Sequence record: DRR378314_409 | Strand: one strand, 5' to 3' | Length of the DNA: 64,000 bases | Shown here: piece by piece, positions 9,622-20,734 of the stretch | Layout of the letters: the number at the start of each line of letters is the position of its first letter | How positions within the stretch are numbered: the first letter of the stretch is position 1 | Made by a program: the position numbers and the translations under genes | Notes under the pieces: model-generated | What the model was told of the DNA's origin: nothing | Database searches by the model: none | The model's input: the letters and a program-made list of their open reading frames with translations, nothing else

Positions 9622-10932
9622 ATGTCTATTTGGAAAAAACTCGTTGTGCCTGCAACACTTGCAGCACTGGCTGGCAGCACGGCAATTGCCAATGCTGCGA
9701 CAGAAATTCACTGGTGGCACGCTATGGGCGGCACAAACGGTGAGCGCGTGAACAAGATTGCAGACGATTTCAACAAGTCTCAATCAGAATATAAAGTTAT
9801 CCCAACTTTTAAAGGGAACTACACCGAAACAATGACATCTGCCATTGCCGCATTTCGGGCAAAAAAGCAGCCACATATTGTTCAGGTTTTTGAGGTTGGT
9901 ACAGCAACAATGATGGCTGCTGAAGGCGCTATCTATCCGGTTGAAGATGTGATGAAAGACTCAGGTGTTGAGTTTGACAAATCAGATTATCTGCCAGCAG
10001 TTATCAGTTACTATCAGACACCAGATGGGGATCTGCTGTCCATGCCGTTCAACAGTTCCACACCGGTGTTGTGGTACAACAAAGATGCTTTCAAAAAAGC
10101 TGGCGTTTCTAAGGTTCCAGCCACATATGCTGAGCTGAAAGATACATCTGACAAATTGAAAGCTGCCGGTTACGACTGCGGTTTCTCGTTCGGTTGGCAG
10201 TCCTGGGTCATGGTTGAAAACTTCGGCGCATGGCACAACATCCCAATGGGAACAAAAGAAAACGGCTTTGCCGGTTTCGACACAGAATTTTCTTTCAATA
10301 ACGATGCAATGAAAAAGCATTGGAAGAACCTGGCTGACTGGTCAAAAGACGGCACCTTCGCGTATGGCGGACGTCGCGGTGACAGCCTGCCAATGTTTAT
10401 CAACCAGGAATGCGGTATGTGGATGAATTCGTCTGCTTATTACGGTTCCATCAAAGGCCAGGCTAAATTTGAATTTGGTCAGACAATGCTGCCTTTCTAT
10501 AAAGATCTGATCGACAGCCCGCAAAACTCCATCATTGGCGGTGCTACCCTTTGGGTTCTCAAAGGCCAGGAGCAGAGCGAATATAAAGGTGTTGCCCAGT
10601 TCATGAAGTTCATGTCTTCACCTGAAATTCAGGCTTGGTGGCATCAGGGAACAGGTTATGTTCCGATCACGAAAGCGGCTTATGAGTTGTCTAAAGAACA
10701 GGGTTTCTATGATGAGAATCCAGGCACAGATACAGCCATTAAGCAGCTTTCCCTGAACACACCAACGCCAGCCTCTCGGGGTATCCGTTTCGGTAACTTC
10801 GTTCAGATCCGCGATGTGATCAACGAAGAAATGGAAGCTGTTTGGTCAGGTGACAAAACAGCCGAAGCTGGTCTCGAAGCCGCTGTTGAACGCGGGAACG
10901 CGCTTCTTCGCAAGTTCGAAAAAGCAAACTAA
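9622..10932 (+). CDS. ugpB: sn-glycerol-3-phosphate ABC transporter substrate-binding protein
   Basis: Signal peptide; WWHAM, VQVFEVGTATM, MPFNSSTP, QNSIIGGATLW motifs; operon context. Confidence 0.93.
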   Translation: MSIWKKLVVPATLAALAGSTAIANAATEIHWWHAMGGTNGERVNKIADDFNKSQSEYKVIPTFKGNYTETMTSAIAAFRAKKQPHIVQVFEVGTATMMAAEGAIYPVEDVMKDSGVEFDKSDYLPAVISYYQTPDGDLLSMPFNSSTPVLWYNKDAFKKAGVSKVPATYAELKDTSDKLKAAGYDCGFSFGWQSWVMVENFGAWHNIPMGTKENGFAGFDTEFSFNNDAMKKHWKNLADWSKDGTFAYGGRRGDSLPMFINQECGMWMNSSAYYGSIKGQAKFEFGQTMLPFYKDLIDSPQNSIIGGATLWVLKGQEQSEYKGVAQFMKFMSSPEIQAWWHQGTGYVPITKAAYELSKEQGFYDENPGTDTAIKQLSLNTPTPASRGIRFGNFVQIRDVINEEMEAVWSGDKTAEAGLEAAVERGNALLRKFEKAN

Positions 10933-10949
10933 ATATTTCGCCTCCGTAA

Positions 10950-10989
10950 TCCCGCCGTTTGAGTTAAACTCAGCGGCGGGACTTGTTTG
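10950..10989 (+). terminator. Hairpin after ugpB (terminator or mRNA stabiliser)
   Basis: TCCCGCCG..TGAG TTAAA CTCA.CGGCGGGA followed by CTTGTTTG. Confidence 0.65.
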
Positions 10990-11007
10990 TACTAGGTTAT
11001 TATTTAG

Positions 11008-11892
11008 ATGTTGAAACGTGTTCATTTCTCACCATCGGCGCTGCCCTTTCTGCTGGTTCTTCCGCAGATCGCAGTCACTTTGGTGTTTTTTATCTGGCCA
11101 GCCAGTCAGGCGCTCTACCAATCGTTGCTGGTAGAAGATGCTTTCGGGCTTTCCTCTGAATTTGTCTGGTTCCAGAATTTCGAAGAATTATTTGCGGATC
11201 CGCATTATTGGCAGGCCTTTGAGCGAACTTTTATTTTCTCGTTCCTGGTAGCTTTTACAGCGATGGCTTCTGCCTTGTTGCTGGCCGTGATGGCGGATCG
11301 GGTGATCAAAGGATCGGCCGTTTACCGAACCATGCTGATCTGGCCTTACGCTGTTGCCCCGGCTGCGGCAGGGGCCCTATGGTTTTTCATGTTCAATCCG
11401 TCGCTTGGGATCATGCCCTATCTGCTGAATTTTGTCGGATATGACTGGAACCATAAAATTAACGGCAATGAAGCGATGGGTTTGGTTATTCTATCGGCAG
11501 CCTGGAAGCAGATTGCCTATAATTTCCTTTTCTTCCTGGCGGGACTTCAGTCCATTCCAAAATCCTTGATTGAGGCGGCAGCCATTGATGGCGCTGGACC
11601 CGGTCGGCGGTTCTGGACAATTATTTTCCCGCTGCTGTCGCCGACAACCTTTTTCCTGCTGGTGGTGAATGTGGTTTACGCGTTCTTTGAAACCTTCGGG
11701 ATTATTGATGCGTTGACATCTGGTGGGCCTGCTAACTCCACCCAAATCCTGGTCTATAAAGTCTATAATGACGGCTTTGTCGGGTTGGATCTTGGCGGCT
11801 CTGCGGCTCAGTCCGTAGTCCTGATGGCAATTGTTGTTGCCCTGACGGTTGTTCAGTTCCGCTTCATTGAGAAGAAGGTGTCCTATCAATGA
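11008..11892 (+). CDS. ugpA: G3P ABC transporter permease
   Basis: Hydrophobic; EAA loop [19 protein letters not shown]. Confidence 0.92.
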   Translation: MLKRVHFSPSALPFLLVLPQIAVTLVFFIWPASQALYQSLLVEDAFGLSSEFVWFQNFEELFADPHYWQAFERTFIFSFLVAFTAMASALLLAVMADRVIKGSAVYRTMLIWPYAVAPAAAGALWFFMFNPSLGIMPYLLNFVGYDWNHKINGNEAMGLVILSAAWKQIAYNFLFFLAGLQSIPKSLIEAAAIDGAGPGRRFWTIIFPLLSPTTFFLLVVNVVYAFFETFGIIDALTSGGPANSTQILVYKVYNDGFVGLDLGGSAAQSVVLMAIVVALTVVQFRFIEKKVSYQ

Positions 11893-12737
11893 TTGAAAAT
11901 AGACCTTTCCTCAAATTTATGGAGCATCTGGTTCTGATCCTCGGTGTTATCGTGGTGGCCTTTCCGCTGTGGTTGACATTTGTGGCGGCAACCCATGATG
12001 CAGGCCGGATGTCGGAATTGCCACTGCCGGTTTTGCCCGGGAGTCATTTTTTTGACAATCTGGAAACCCTTCTGGCAACAGGTTTGAAAGGTGGCGACGG
12101 GATCGGCATTGGATATATGCTGGTCAACAGCCTGATCATGGCGCTGATGATTGCCATTGGCAAAATCATCATTTCCCTGATGTCGGCCTTTGCCATCGTT
12201 TATTTCCGCTTTCCTTTTCGGATGTTCTTCTTCTGGCTGATTTTCATCACCCTGATGCTGCCCGTTGAAGTGCGGATCCTACCCACCTATGAGGTGGTTG
12301 CCAATCTGGGGATGCTGGATAATTACTGGGGTCTGTCGGTTCCCTTGATCGCCTCGGCGACGGCAACATTTATGTTCCGCCAGGTGTTTTTGACAATTCC
12401 GGATGAATTGCTGGAAGCTGCGCGGATTGATGGGGCGGGTCCGCTTCGGTTCTTCAAGGATATCCTGATCCCCATGTCGCGGACCAATATTGCGGCCTTG
12501 TTCGTGATCCTGTTTATCTATGGCTGGAACCAGTATTTATGGCCCTTGTTGGTGACAACCGATCAAAGCATGTACACCATTGTCATGCAGATCGGCCGTA
12601 TGCTGGAAGCGGGTGAAGAAGCGCCCCAATGGCATTTGATTATGATGACAACCCTGCTGTCGGTGATCCCGCCAGTGCTGGTCGTCGTGTTTATGCAGCG
12701 CCTGTTTGTGCAGGGCTTGACGGAAACAGAAAAGTAA
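11889..12737 (+). CDS. ugpE: G3P ABC transporter permease
   Basis: [20 protein letters not shown]-terminal GLTETEK; ATGA overlap with ugpA. Confidence 0.92.
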   Translation: MIENRPFLKFMEHLVLILGVIVVAFPLWLTFVAATHDAGRMSELPLPVLPGSHFFDNLETLLATGLKGGDGIGIGYMLVNSLIMALMIAIGKIIISLMSAFAIVYFRFPFRMFFFWLIFITLMLPVEVRILPTYEVVANLGMLDNYWGLSVPLIASATATFMFRQVFLTIPDELLEAARIDGAGPLRFFKDILIPMSRTNIAALFVILFIYGWNQYLWPLLVTTDQSMYTIVMQIGRMLEAGEEAPQWHLIMMTTLLSVIPPVLVVVFMQRLFVQGLTETEK

Positions 12738-12753
12738 GACGTGAAGGTATGAA

Positions 12754-13842
12754 ATGGCCAGTGTAGCGCTTGAAAATATTCAAAAAACCTATCCCAATGG
12801 TTTCCAGGCCATCCATGGCGTGGATGTGAATGTCAAGGATGGGGAATTCCTGGTTCTGGTGGGTCCGTCCGGCTGCGGTAAATCAACGTTGCTACGGATG
12901 ATTGCCGGGCTTGAAGGGGTTACCGAAGGAAGCCTGAAAATCGGTGACCGGGAAGTCAGCGGGATTGAACCGTCGCAACGGGATATTGCGATGGTATTCC
13001 AGAACTATGCCCTTTATCCGCATATGACGGTCTATAACAATATGGCTTATGGGCTGAAAATCATGGGGCTCAGCAAACAGGAAATCGCGGAGCGGGTTCA
13101 AAACGCAGCGTCCATCCTGGAGCTGACCGAGGATCAGATGAGCCGCAAACCCCGCGAGCTGAGCGGTGGTCAGCGTCAACGGGTCGCCATGGGTCGGGCT
13201 ATTGTTCGTGAACCCAGTGTGTTCCTGTTTGATGAGCCGTTATCCAACCTGGATGCGAAACTGCGGGTACAGATGCGGGTCGAGATTAAACGCCTGCAGG
13301 AGCGGCTGGGCATTACCAGCATCTATGTGACCCATGATCAGGTGGAGGCCATGACCCTTGGGCATCGGCTGATGGTTTTAAACAGCGGAAATGTGGAGCA
13401 ATTGGGAACCCCGATTGAGCTCTATGAAAAACCAGCGTCTCTGTTTGTTGCGGAATTTATCGGATCACCCTCCATGAATATCATTGAGACTAAAATCAGT
13501 GAGACTGGCCATGAGATTGCGATTGCTGACGGTATAAATCTACCGGTGGGCGGTGATGGATTGCAGGCCTTGGCGGGCAAGCCCGTCAAGTTGGGGGTCC
13601 GGCCAGAGCATTTGGAAATAGCGGGATCCGAAGCGGGTGCGCTGCCGCTAACGGTAACAGTGGTGGAACATCTGGGCGCAGATACCTTGATCCATGGGCA
13701 TTTTGGGGATGATCAGAATGACATGACAGTTCGCTGCGGTGGGATCCAGCCCGTAACGGCTGGAGAAATCCTGCCCATAGCGGTCTCCCCGGATCATCTG
13801 CATCTGTTTGATCCAGTGACGACCCGGCGGATCGACATTTAA
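12754..13842 (+). CDS. ugpC: G3P ABC transporter ATP-binding protein
   Basis: Walker [29 protein letters not shown]. Confidence 0.93.
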   Translation: MASVALENIQKTYPNGFQAIHGVDVNVKDGEFLVLVGPSGCGKSTLLRMIAGLEGVTEGSLKIGDREVSGIEPSQRDIAMVFQNYALYPHMTVYNNMAYGLKIMGLSKQEIAERVQNAASILELTEDQMSRKPRELSGGQRQRVAMGRAIVREPSVFLFDEPLSNLDAKLRVQMRVEIKRLQERLGITSIYVTHDQVEAMTLGHRLMVLNSGNVEQLGTPIELYEKPASLFVAEFIGSPSMNIIETKISETGHEIAIADGINLPVGGDGLQALAGKPVKLGVRPEHLEIAGSEAGALPLTVTVVEHLGADTLIHGHFGDDQNDMTVRCGGIQPVTAGEILPIAVSPDHLHLFDPVTTRRIDI

Positions 13843-13869
13843 AGTTTTGGGGTGCAGGGGAAAAGGGTT

Positions 13870-14496
13870 CTATCCGTTGATAGGCCATTTTCCTCTGTAG
13901 GGTTTTTGAATGGCTCGTTCCATCATTTCCAGCCGGTCTTGCCCATAGAACATATCGCCGTTCAGGAAATAGGTGGGGGAGCCAAAGACTGACCGGTCGA
14001 TGGCTTCTTGAGTGTTGCGGTTATATTCAGCCAGAATTTCCGGTGTCCGAGCGGCCGCCAACAGGGGTTGGCCATCCACATCTGCTGTTTCGCAGATCGC
14101 GAGCAGCGTCTGGTCATCATCAAGATCAGCATCCGCTGCCCAGTGAGCTGCCATCATCACATTTGTTAAATTTCGCATATCCACACCCGCCTGAATGGCC
14201 GCGATCAGCAGGCAATTGGACAGGGTAATGTCATGGGCGTGATGTGTTGGGGTGCGGTCAAGGATTTCAAGCCCCCGATATTCCGCCGTTCGCAGAATTT
14301 CACGCCCAAAGAAGTAATCTTTATGGGCTTGGGTTCGCTTTGCCAGCGGCTGGGCGCCCGCAGCGGGAAGAATAGCCCGCAGATCAAACGGAACATACCG
14401 GATAGAGAGTTGGTGCCGACTGGCCAGTCGATGTAACTCTTCGTTGCCGATATAGGCAAAGGCGGAGTAGGACGCAAAAAAATACTCAAATGTCAT
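13870..14496 (-). CDS. 2-hydroxychromene-2-carboxylate isomerase / DsbA-like (GST kappa) family protein
   Basis: N-terminal FEYFF.S.S.FAY; C-terminal VFGSPTYFLNGDMFYGQDRL. Confidence 0.85.
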   Translation of the reverse strand: MTFEYFFASYSAFAYIGNEELHRLASRHQLSIRYVPFDLRAILPAAGAQPLAKRTQAHKDYFFGREILRTAEYRGLEILDRTPTHHAHDITLSNCLLIAAIQAGVDMRNLTNVMMAAHWAADADLDDDQTLLAICETADVDGQPLLAAARTPEILAEYNRNTQEAIDRSVFGSPTYFLNGDMFYGQDRLEMMERAIQKPYRGKWPING

Positions 14497-14508
14497 GTCG
14501 TTACCTGT

Positions 14509-15999
14509 TTATCGGTTTGTTAAAGTCCGTGATACGGCGTCTTTCCATCGGGCATAAGAGGCGTCGCGGGTTTCCTGCTCGATGCCGGGCTCGAAGCGTT
14601 TTTCCTGTTTCCAGAGTTTGGCAAAATCGGCAGGCGGTGGGTAAAACCCGACCTTCAGGCCCGCTAGATAAGCCGCGCCAAGGGCCGTGGTTTCCAGGAT
14701 TTCCGGACGGTCCACCGGTGCCCCGGTCAGGTCGGCAAGGCGCTGCATGGTCCAGTTGGAGGCAACCATCCCGCCGTCCACCCGAAGGACTGTTTCTGAG
14801 TTTTCACCCATATCACCGATCATCGCTTCCAGAAGGTCGCGGGTCTGAAAACAGACAGATTCAAGGGCCGCGCGGGACAGCTCCTTAGGTCCGGTTCCGC
14901 GGGTCAGGCCAAAAATCGCGCCGCGGCAATCTGCATCCCAATAGGGCGCGCCGAGCCCGACAAAGGCCGGGACCATGACCACTTCCTGCTCCGGATCGGC
15001 CTGATCGGCAAAATCCCCTGAATGGCTGGCGTCTTCGATAATCCCCAGCCCATCGCGAAGCCATTGAACGGCTGATCCGGCGACAAAGATAGAGCCTTCC
15101 AGGGCATAGGTCGGCTTGCCATCCAGTTGGTAGGCAATGGTCGTCAGGAGTTTGTGCGCTGATTGAACCGGTTTTTCTCCGGTGTTAATGAGGGCGAAGC
15201 AACCCGTGCCATAGGTTGATTTCATCATGCCAGGTTCAAAGCAGGCCTGGCCGATCGTCGCGGCTTGCTGATCCCCGGCGATCCCGGCAATGCGAATGGG
15301 CGCGCCAAACAGATCAGGGTCGGTTTCGCCAAATTCGGCAGAACAGTTATCGACATCGGGCAGCAGGGTTGCCGGGATGTTGAGGATTTTTAAAAGCTCA
15401 TCATCCCATTTGCCATCCTGAATGTTGTAAATCAGCGTTCGGCTGGCATTTGTGGCATCGGTTTTATGGACTTTCCCACCGGTTAATCGCCACAGCAGAA
15501 AGGTATCCACCGTTCCAAAAGCAAGCTTGCCGGTTTCCGCTTTTTCGCGCGCATCCTCCACGTTATCAAGAAGCCAAGCGATCTTGGTGCCGGAGAAATA
15601 CGGATCAAGCAAAAGCCCGGTTTTCTCGTTGAAAAGCGGCTCCAGTCCTTTTTTCTTCAAGCTATGACAATGATCAGAGGTTCGCCGATCCTGCCAAACA
15701 ATGGCGTTGTGGATTGGCTGTCCTGTGTCCCGGTCCCAGACAAGTGTGGTTTCCCGTTGATTGGTGATACCGATGGCGACAATGTCGGACGCCGTTGCAC
15801 CTGCTTCATCAAGTGCCTGCCGGCAGGTGGACAGCGTTGTCTGCCAGATGTCTTCCGGATCATGCTCAACCCAGCCAGAGGCGGGGAAATGCTGCTCAAA
15901 CTCCTGCTGTCCGATGGCGACGATATTTGTTTGCTGATTAAATAAAATGGCCCGCGAAGAGGTCGTGCCCTGATCAATTGCCAGCACATATTTTGACAT
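14509..15999 (-). CDS. glpK: Glycerol kinase
   Basis: [44 protein letters not shown]. Confidence 0.97.
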   Translation of the reverse strand: MSKYVLAIDQGTTSSRAILFNQQTNIVAIGQQEFEQHFPASGWVEHDPEDIWQTTLSTCRQALDEAGATASDIVAIGITNQRETTLVWDRDTGQPIHNAIVWQDRRTSDHCHSLKKKGLEPLFNEKTGLLLDPYFSGTKIAWLLDNVEDAREKAETGKLAFGTVDTFLLWRLTGGKVHKTDATNASRTLIYNIQDGKWDDELLKILNIPATLLPDVDNCSAEFGETDPDLFGAPIRIAGIAGDQQAATIGQACFEPGMMKSTYGTGCFALINTGEKPVQSAHKLLTTIAYQLDGKPTYALEGSIFVAGSAVQWLRDGLGIIEDASHSGDFADQADPEQEVVMVPAFVGLGAPYWDADCRGAIFGLTRGTGPKELSRAALESVCFQTRDLLEAMIGDMGENSETVLRVDGGMVASNWTMQRLADLTGAPVDRPEILETTALGAAYLAGLKVGFYPPPADFAKLWKQEKRFEPGIEQETRDASYARWKDAVSRTLTNR

Positions 16000-16021
16000 A
16001 ACGGCGTTCCTTCCCTGACTG

Positions 16022-16080
16022 ACTTTCTTATTATTTCGAATTTATCAATAATCGACCGAAAAAAGAAAGTAAATGAAAGT
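16022..16080 (-). promoter_or_regulatory. Candidate GlpR (DeoR) operator repeats upstream of glpK
   Basis: ACTTTC direct repeats 10 nt apart on the minus strand (16075-80, 16065-70), an inverted copy at 16022-27 and TTTCG units. Confidence 0.4.
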
Positions 16081-16082
16081 GA

Positions 16083-16886
16083 TCACCGATTGCTATCTGC
16101 AGGAGAAGTCACGAAACCATTCGCTTCAGTAAGTTCGACTTTGACGTCATTTTCATCACATATGGCTTGCAGATGTTTTGGCAGTTTTTTATCCGTTACG
16201 ATATAGTCAAGCTGGGTCAGGTGACCAATGCGAACCGGGGCGGAGCGTTCCAGTTTCATGCTGTCCGCGACAAGAATTGTGTGGCGGGCATTTTCGATAA
16301 TCGCCTGAGCGACTTTCACTTCGCGGTAGTCATAATCCAGCAGGGAGCCATCTTCATCGATGGCAGAGGCGCCAATGACCGCATAATCCACTTTGAACTG
16401 TTTGATGAAGTCGACCGTTGCCTCCCCGATCACGCCACCATCAGTTGGTCGAACAACGCCGCCCGCGACGATCACTTCAAATCCGGGCGTGCCGGAGAGA
16501 ATATTGACCACATTAATATTGTTGGTGATCGCCATCATCCCTTCCTTGCCGCGAAGCGCAATGGCAACCTGTTCGGTGGTGGTGCCGATATTGATCAGCA
16601 AGGTGCAATTATCCGGGATCAGTGTCGCGGCTAAAACCCCAATATGCCGTTTTTCTTCAACGGCCAGAAGGCGCCGGGCTTCATATTCAAAATTTTTGAC
16701 GCCAGAGGACAGGACAGCGCCACCATGAACGCGTTGCAATAGGTCCTGATCACCCAGTTCATTCAGGTCTTTTCGAATAGTTTGGGGGGATACGCTAAAA
16801 AACTCTGATAATTCGTCAACACCAACACGCCCATCTTGACGCAGCATATTCATAATTTCAGTCTGCCTAGGGCTTATGACTTCCAT
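16083..16886 (-). CDS. glpR: DeoR-family glycerol regulon repressor
   Basis: VSPQTIRKDL, RVHGGA, INIGTT, LLDYDYREV; adjacent to glpK. Confidence 0.9.
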   Translation of the reverse strand: MEVISPRQTEIMNMLRQDGRVGVDELSEFFSVSPQTIRKDLNELGDQDLLQRVHGGAVLSSGVKNFEYEARRLLAVEEKRHIGVLAATLIPDNCTLLINIGTTTEQVAIALRGKEGMMAITNNINVVNILSGTPGFEVIVAGGVVRPTDGGVIGEATVDFIKQFKVDYAVIGASAIDEDGSLLDYDYREVKVAQAIIENARHTILVADSMKLERSAPVRIGHLTQLDYIVTDKKLPKHLQAICDENDVKVELTEANGFVTSPADSNR

Positions 16887-17093
16887 TCGACTTCCCCATT
16901 TATTTTTTTAACGCCCGACCTTTGAAAAAAGCTATCTTATCAAGGGCTGAAGTACAATAAATTTCAGGCAACTGTTAAGGTTATATGACACCGTTGGAAA
17001 TAAATTTTCAGGCGCGTTATTTACCCCGACGGAGATAGGCTTTATCCTCAACCCAGTTAATCTGGGGTGCTCATCAAAGGACGACTGCAAAAA

Positions 17094-18086
17094 ATGCAAA
17101 AAAGAAAAATTGCCGACCTCTCTGTTTCCGCGATCGGTCTGGGGTGCATGAACCTGTCTTACGGGTATGGGCCGGGTCCGGATGAAGCTTATGGTATCCG
17201 CCTGTTGAATGAAGCTTTGGACGCTGGCTATACATTGATGGATACAGCCGCCCTTTATGGGTTCGGCGAAAATGAAAAACTGGTTGGCAAAGCGCTGAAA
17301 TCCCGCCGCGATGAATTTACATTGGCCAGTAAATGCGGCCTTCGCCGAAACCGTGAAGGGGTCAAGGAAATCAACGGACATCCGGATGCCATTCGGGAGA
17401 CCTGTGAAGATAGTCTGAGCCGTTTGGGCGTGGATGTAATTGATCTGTATTATCTGCACCGGGCCGATCCGAAAGTGCCCTTGGAAGACACAATCGGGAC
17501 CTTGTCTGATCTGGTGGGTGAAGGAAAGGTTCGGTATATCGGCCTGTCAGAAGTGTCGGCAGAGCAAATCAAGCGGGCCCATGCGGTCCATCCGATTGCC
17601 GCGGTGCAAACGGAATATTCCTTATGGACGCGCAATCCGGAAATTGCGGTTTTGCAAGCGTGCAAGGATATCGGGGCTGCCTTTGTGGCCTTCAGCCCTG
17701 TCGCCCGAAAATTCCTGACGGGGACATTGCAGGATGTGAACGGGCTGCATCCGGATGATATCCGGGTCACCATGCCTCGTTTCCAGGCTGACACTTATGA
17801 GCAGAATCTGGAATTGCTGGAAGAGTTCGCTAATCTGGCTCAGGAAACCGGGTGCACCATGGCGCAATTGGCACTTGCCTGGCTGCTGCACAAAGAGGAT
17901 CACATCATTCCGATTCCGGGAACCACAGTCATTGAGCATATGGCGGAAAATGCCGGTGCGGATGCGGTCTCCATCAGTGAGGACGTAATGGCCTGTCTGG
18001 AAAAGCTGATCAATCAGGACACCGTGATTGGTGGGCGTTATAATGATCAGGCCCAGTCGACGGTCTTTACAGAACAGTTTACCTGA
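17094..18086 (+). CDS. Aldo/keto reductase
   Basis: IGLGCM, DTAALYG, DLYYLHR, IGLSE, IPIPGT. Confidence 0.93.
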   Translation: MQKRKIADLSVSAIGLGCMNLSYGYGPGPDEAYGIRLLNEALDAGYTLMDTAALYGFGENEKLVGKALKSRRDEFTLASKCGLRRNREGVKEINGHPDAIRETCEDSLSRLGVDVIDLYYLHRADPKVPLEDTIGTLSDLVGEGKVRYIGLSEVSAEQIKRAHAVHPIAAVQTEYSLWTRNPEIAVLQACKDIGAAFVAFSPVARKFLTGTLQDVNGLHPDDIRVTMPRFQADTYEQNLELLEEFANLAQETGCTMAQLALAWLLHKEDHIIPIPGTTVIEHMAENAGADAVSISEDVMACLEKLINQDTVIGGRYNDQAQSTVFTEQFT

Positions 18087-19097
18087 TCAGGTCAGGTTAA
18101 ATTCCTGCGCCAATAATTCATAGGATTTGAGGCGAGCTTCGTGGCTGTGGGTGATCGTCACGATCACCGCTTCGTCCACTTGATACCGATCGAGGGTTTC
18201 CAGCAGCTGTTGTCTGACCTGCGGCGGGGTGCCGACAATGTTGCGCCGCGCATGAAACTGACGTCGTTGCTCCTCAGCCGGTGAATAGTCATGGGCGAGG
18301 GCTTCTTCGATGGTTGGGACAGGGCCGATCTTCCCGGTATCGAGGCGGGTCCGCCACAGATCACGGCTAGCAGCCAGGCGAACGGCTTCGTCTTCGGTTT
18401 CGGCGCAAATGACAAAGATACCGATATTCCCTTGCGGCGTTTGGGCAATGTCGGAAGGTTCAAACAGTTCCCGATACAGTTGCATGATTTGCGGGCCCTG
18501 TTCATCGGTGATGAAATGGGCGAAGGAAAACGGCGTTCCAAACAGTGCCGCCATCTGGGCAGACTGATCACTGCTGCCGAGCATCCAAAGGTCGGGTTGT
18601 GAGGGCGGAACAGGTGTTGCCATGACCGATTTTAGCGGATGTCCGTCTTCAAACTCACCGCTTAAAAAGCTCATCAGATCCCGAACCTGAGAGGGGTATT
18701 CCCGCGGTCCGCGCGGCGCATTGCCATAGGCGAGGGCATGGGCGGTTATCTGGTCGCTGCCAGGCGCCCGGCCGATCCCCAGATCGATGCGACCCGGATA
18801 CAGACTTTCCAGAAGATTAAACAGCTCGGCGACCTTGAACGGGGAATAATGAGAGAGCATGATCCCGCCGGAGCCGAGCCGGATACGAGAGGTTTCCGCG
18901 CCCAGCCGGGCGAGCAACACCTCCGGTGCTGATCCTGTCAGGCCACTGGACGCATGATGTTCGGCGATCCAGTAGCGATGATAGCCAAGCTGATCGGTCA
19001 GGCGGGCAAGTTCAATGGTTTCGGCCAGCGCGTCTTGCGCCGTGGTGCCGGACCGGACAGGGGATTGGTCAAGAACTGAAAGTTTAATCTGGGTCAT
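18087..19097 (-). CDS. Luciferase-like (LLM class) flavin-dependent oxidoreductase
   Basis: LSVLDQSP, YWIAEHH, RLGSGGIML, GRIDLGIGRAPG. Confidence 0.92.
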   Translation of the reverse strand: MTQIKLSVLDQSPVRSGTTAQDALAETIELARLTDQLGYHRYWIAEHHASSGLTGSAPEVLLARLGAETSRIRLGSGGIMLSHYSPFKVAELFNLLESLYPGRIDLGIGRAPGSDQITAHALAYGNAPRGPREYPSQVRDLMSFLSGEFEDGHPLKSVMATPVPPSQPDLWMLGSSDQSAQMAALFGTPFSFAHFITDEQGPQIMQLYRELFEPSDIAQTPQGNIGIFVICAETEDEAVRLAASRDLWRTRLDTGKIGPVPTIEEALAHDYSPAEEQRRQFHARRNIVGTPPQVRQQLLETLDRYQVDEAVIVTITHSHEARLKSYELLAQEFNLT

Positions 19098-19201
19098 TTT
19101 CTGATTTGTATTTTATAGAGCGCCCTCTCCTTAATCTGATGGCTCTTGATCGCTTTGTCAATGAAAGCGAGATCACAGAAGTTGAATGAATGGGGGTTTA
19201 G

Positions 19202-19230
19202 CTGTCATGAAAGTTTAACCGGACTGCAAA
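19202..19230 (+). promoter_or_regulatory. Pho box upstream of olsB
   Basis: CTGTCAT-GAAA-GTTTAAC-CGGA-CTGCAAA: one perfect and two degenerate units at 11-nt period. Confidence 0.6.
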
Positions 19231-19293
19231 GAAGGTGTAGGCGCTGTTTAATAGTTTTTTCCAAACACGGCCTTGGGTATTTGGAGAGAGTTT

Positions 19294-20100
19294 ATGCAAC
19301 GTATGACGCCCACAAACCTGACCGTTCGCCTGGCGCGGACACGAAAAGAAATCATCAAGGCGCAGGAGTTGAGATATCAGGTTTTTTACGAGGGGATGGG
19401 CGCTCTGCCTTCACCGGAGATCCGGGCCTTAGGCCGGGATATGGATAGTTTCGATGACTATTGTGATCATCTGATCGTTATTGAAAATGAATATTTCCCT
19501 GATCCGGAGGATTTCAAAGTGGTCGGAACCTACCGGCTGCTTCGTAAATCTGTGGCGGAAAACCATAGTGGATATTATTCTGCTTCCGAATTTAATTTGA
19601 ACCGTTTGAAAAACTATTCCGGCGAACATGTCGAGCTGGGCAGGTCCTGCGTTGATCCGGATTATCGCGGTAAAGCCATTATGCAACTGTTGTGGCGGGG
19701 TATTGCGGATTATCTGCTGGCTCATGATATCAGTCTGATGTTTGGCTGCGCCAGCTTTCCAGGCACTGATGTTCGGGAATTTTCCTCAGCCCTTTCTTAT
19801 TTAAACCGGTTCCATAAAGCGCCTTCTTTTTGGCGGCCAGCGGCACAGGATGCCCGGCATGTCCCCATGAAGCTGTTGAAGAAGGATCAACTGGATGTGC
19901 GCCAGGCGATGCGTGAAATGCCTGCCTTGATCAAGGGATATTTGCGGGTTGGCGGCGTGGTCGGCGACGGTGCGGTCATTGATCACGAGTTTAACACGAC
20001 AGATATTTGTCTGCTGGTCGAGACGTCGAATATTACCGGACGGTATCAGAAACACTTTATGAAAGCCCCAGAGTCCCTGGAAGCGCAAGTCTCTGCGTGA
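19294..20100 (+). CDS. olsB: Ornithine N-acyltransferase (ornithine lipid synthesis, GNAT)
   Basis: AQ.LRYQVFY, D.D.FD..CDHL, VVGTYRL, ELGRSCV, FGCASF, P.LIKGYLR.G; GGAGAG RBS. Confidence 0.85.
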   Translation: MQRMTPTNLTVRLARTRKEIIKAQELRYQVFYEGMGALPSPEIRALGRDMDSFDDYCDHLIVIENEYFPDPEDFKVVGTYRLLRKSVAENHSGYYSASEFNLNRLKNYSGEHVELGRSCVDPDYRGKAIMQLLWRGIADYLLAHDISLMFGCASFPGTDVREFSSALSYLNRFHKAPSFWRPAAQDARHVPMKLLKKDQLDVRQAMREMPALIKGYLRVGGVVGDGAVIDHEFNTTDICLLVETSNITGRYQKHFMKAPESLEAQVSA

Positions 20101-20191
20101 TCGGGTTGGGCATATTTAGCTTCGCTGAATTAAACTCTGGTACTCTTTTTACCCCTCTCGTATGATTTAAAAAACTGGAGAGGGGTTTCCA

Positions 20192-20734
20192 ATGAAAAAA
20201 ACTTTTGCAGCCCTTGGGCTGATTGTCGCGATTTGTCTTCACCTGGGCCCGGCGCGCGCGGATCTGTCGATCAAGGCGTTTGAAGGGGTTTGGCAAGGCA
20301 GCGCGATTTCCGAAAATAACAATAGCGAGCTGTTTCCAGTCTCCGTTCGGGATATGGATGTGGAAATCCGCCTTCTTGATAAAGGAGGGTTCGCATTGAA
20401 ATGGCGAACGGTTCAGCGCCAAAAGGGAAGCGCTGAAGATCCGAAAGAGGTTCTGAAAGAGACCGAGCGGGTCTATCTGCCGGAGCCGGGGAAAAGCTTC
20501 TGGGGCGCAGAGAAATCCGAAAACCCGATCAAGGGGGGATATACGTCATGGGCGATGTTGGAGGGGCAAAGCCTGAGCGTTTATAGTCTGGCCATCCGCG
20601 ATAGTGGCACGTCTGATTTGTTGATCTACAAACGCACCTTGACCGGTCTTAACATGAAGCTGGATTTTACGGCCTATCGCAATGGCAAGCTTCGCCGGAC
20701 GGTCAGCGGCACGCTGATCAAAACGGGCAAGTGA
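20192..20734 (+). CDS. Exported hypothetical protein
   Basis: GGAGAGG RBS; Sec signal peptide (MKK, hydrophobic core, ARA); beta-strand-like pattern. Confidence 0.8.
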   Translation: MKKTFAALGLIVAICLHLGPARADLSIKAFEGVWQGSAISENNNSELFPVSVRDMDVEIRLLDKGGFALKWRTVQRQKGSAEDPKEVLKETERVYLPEPGKSFWGAEKSENPIKGGYTSWAMLEGQSLSVYSLAIRDSGTSDLLIYKRTLTGLNMKLDFTAYRNGKLRRTVSGTLIKTGK

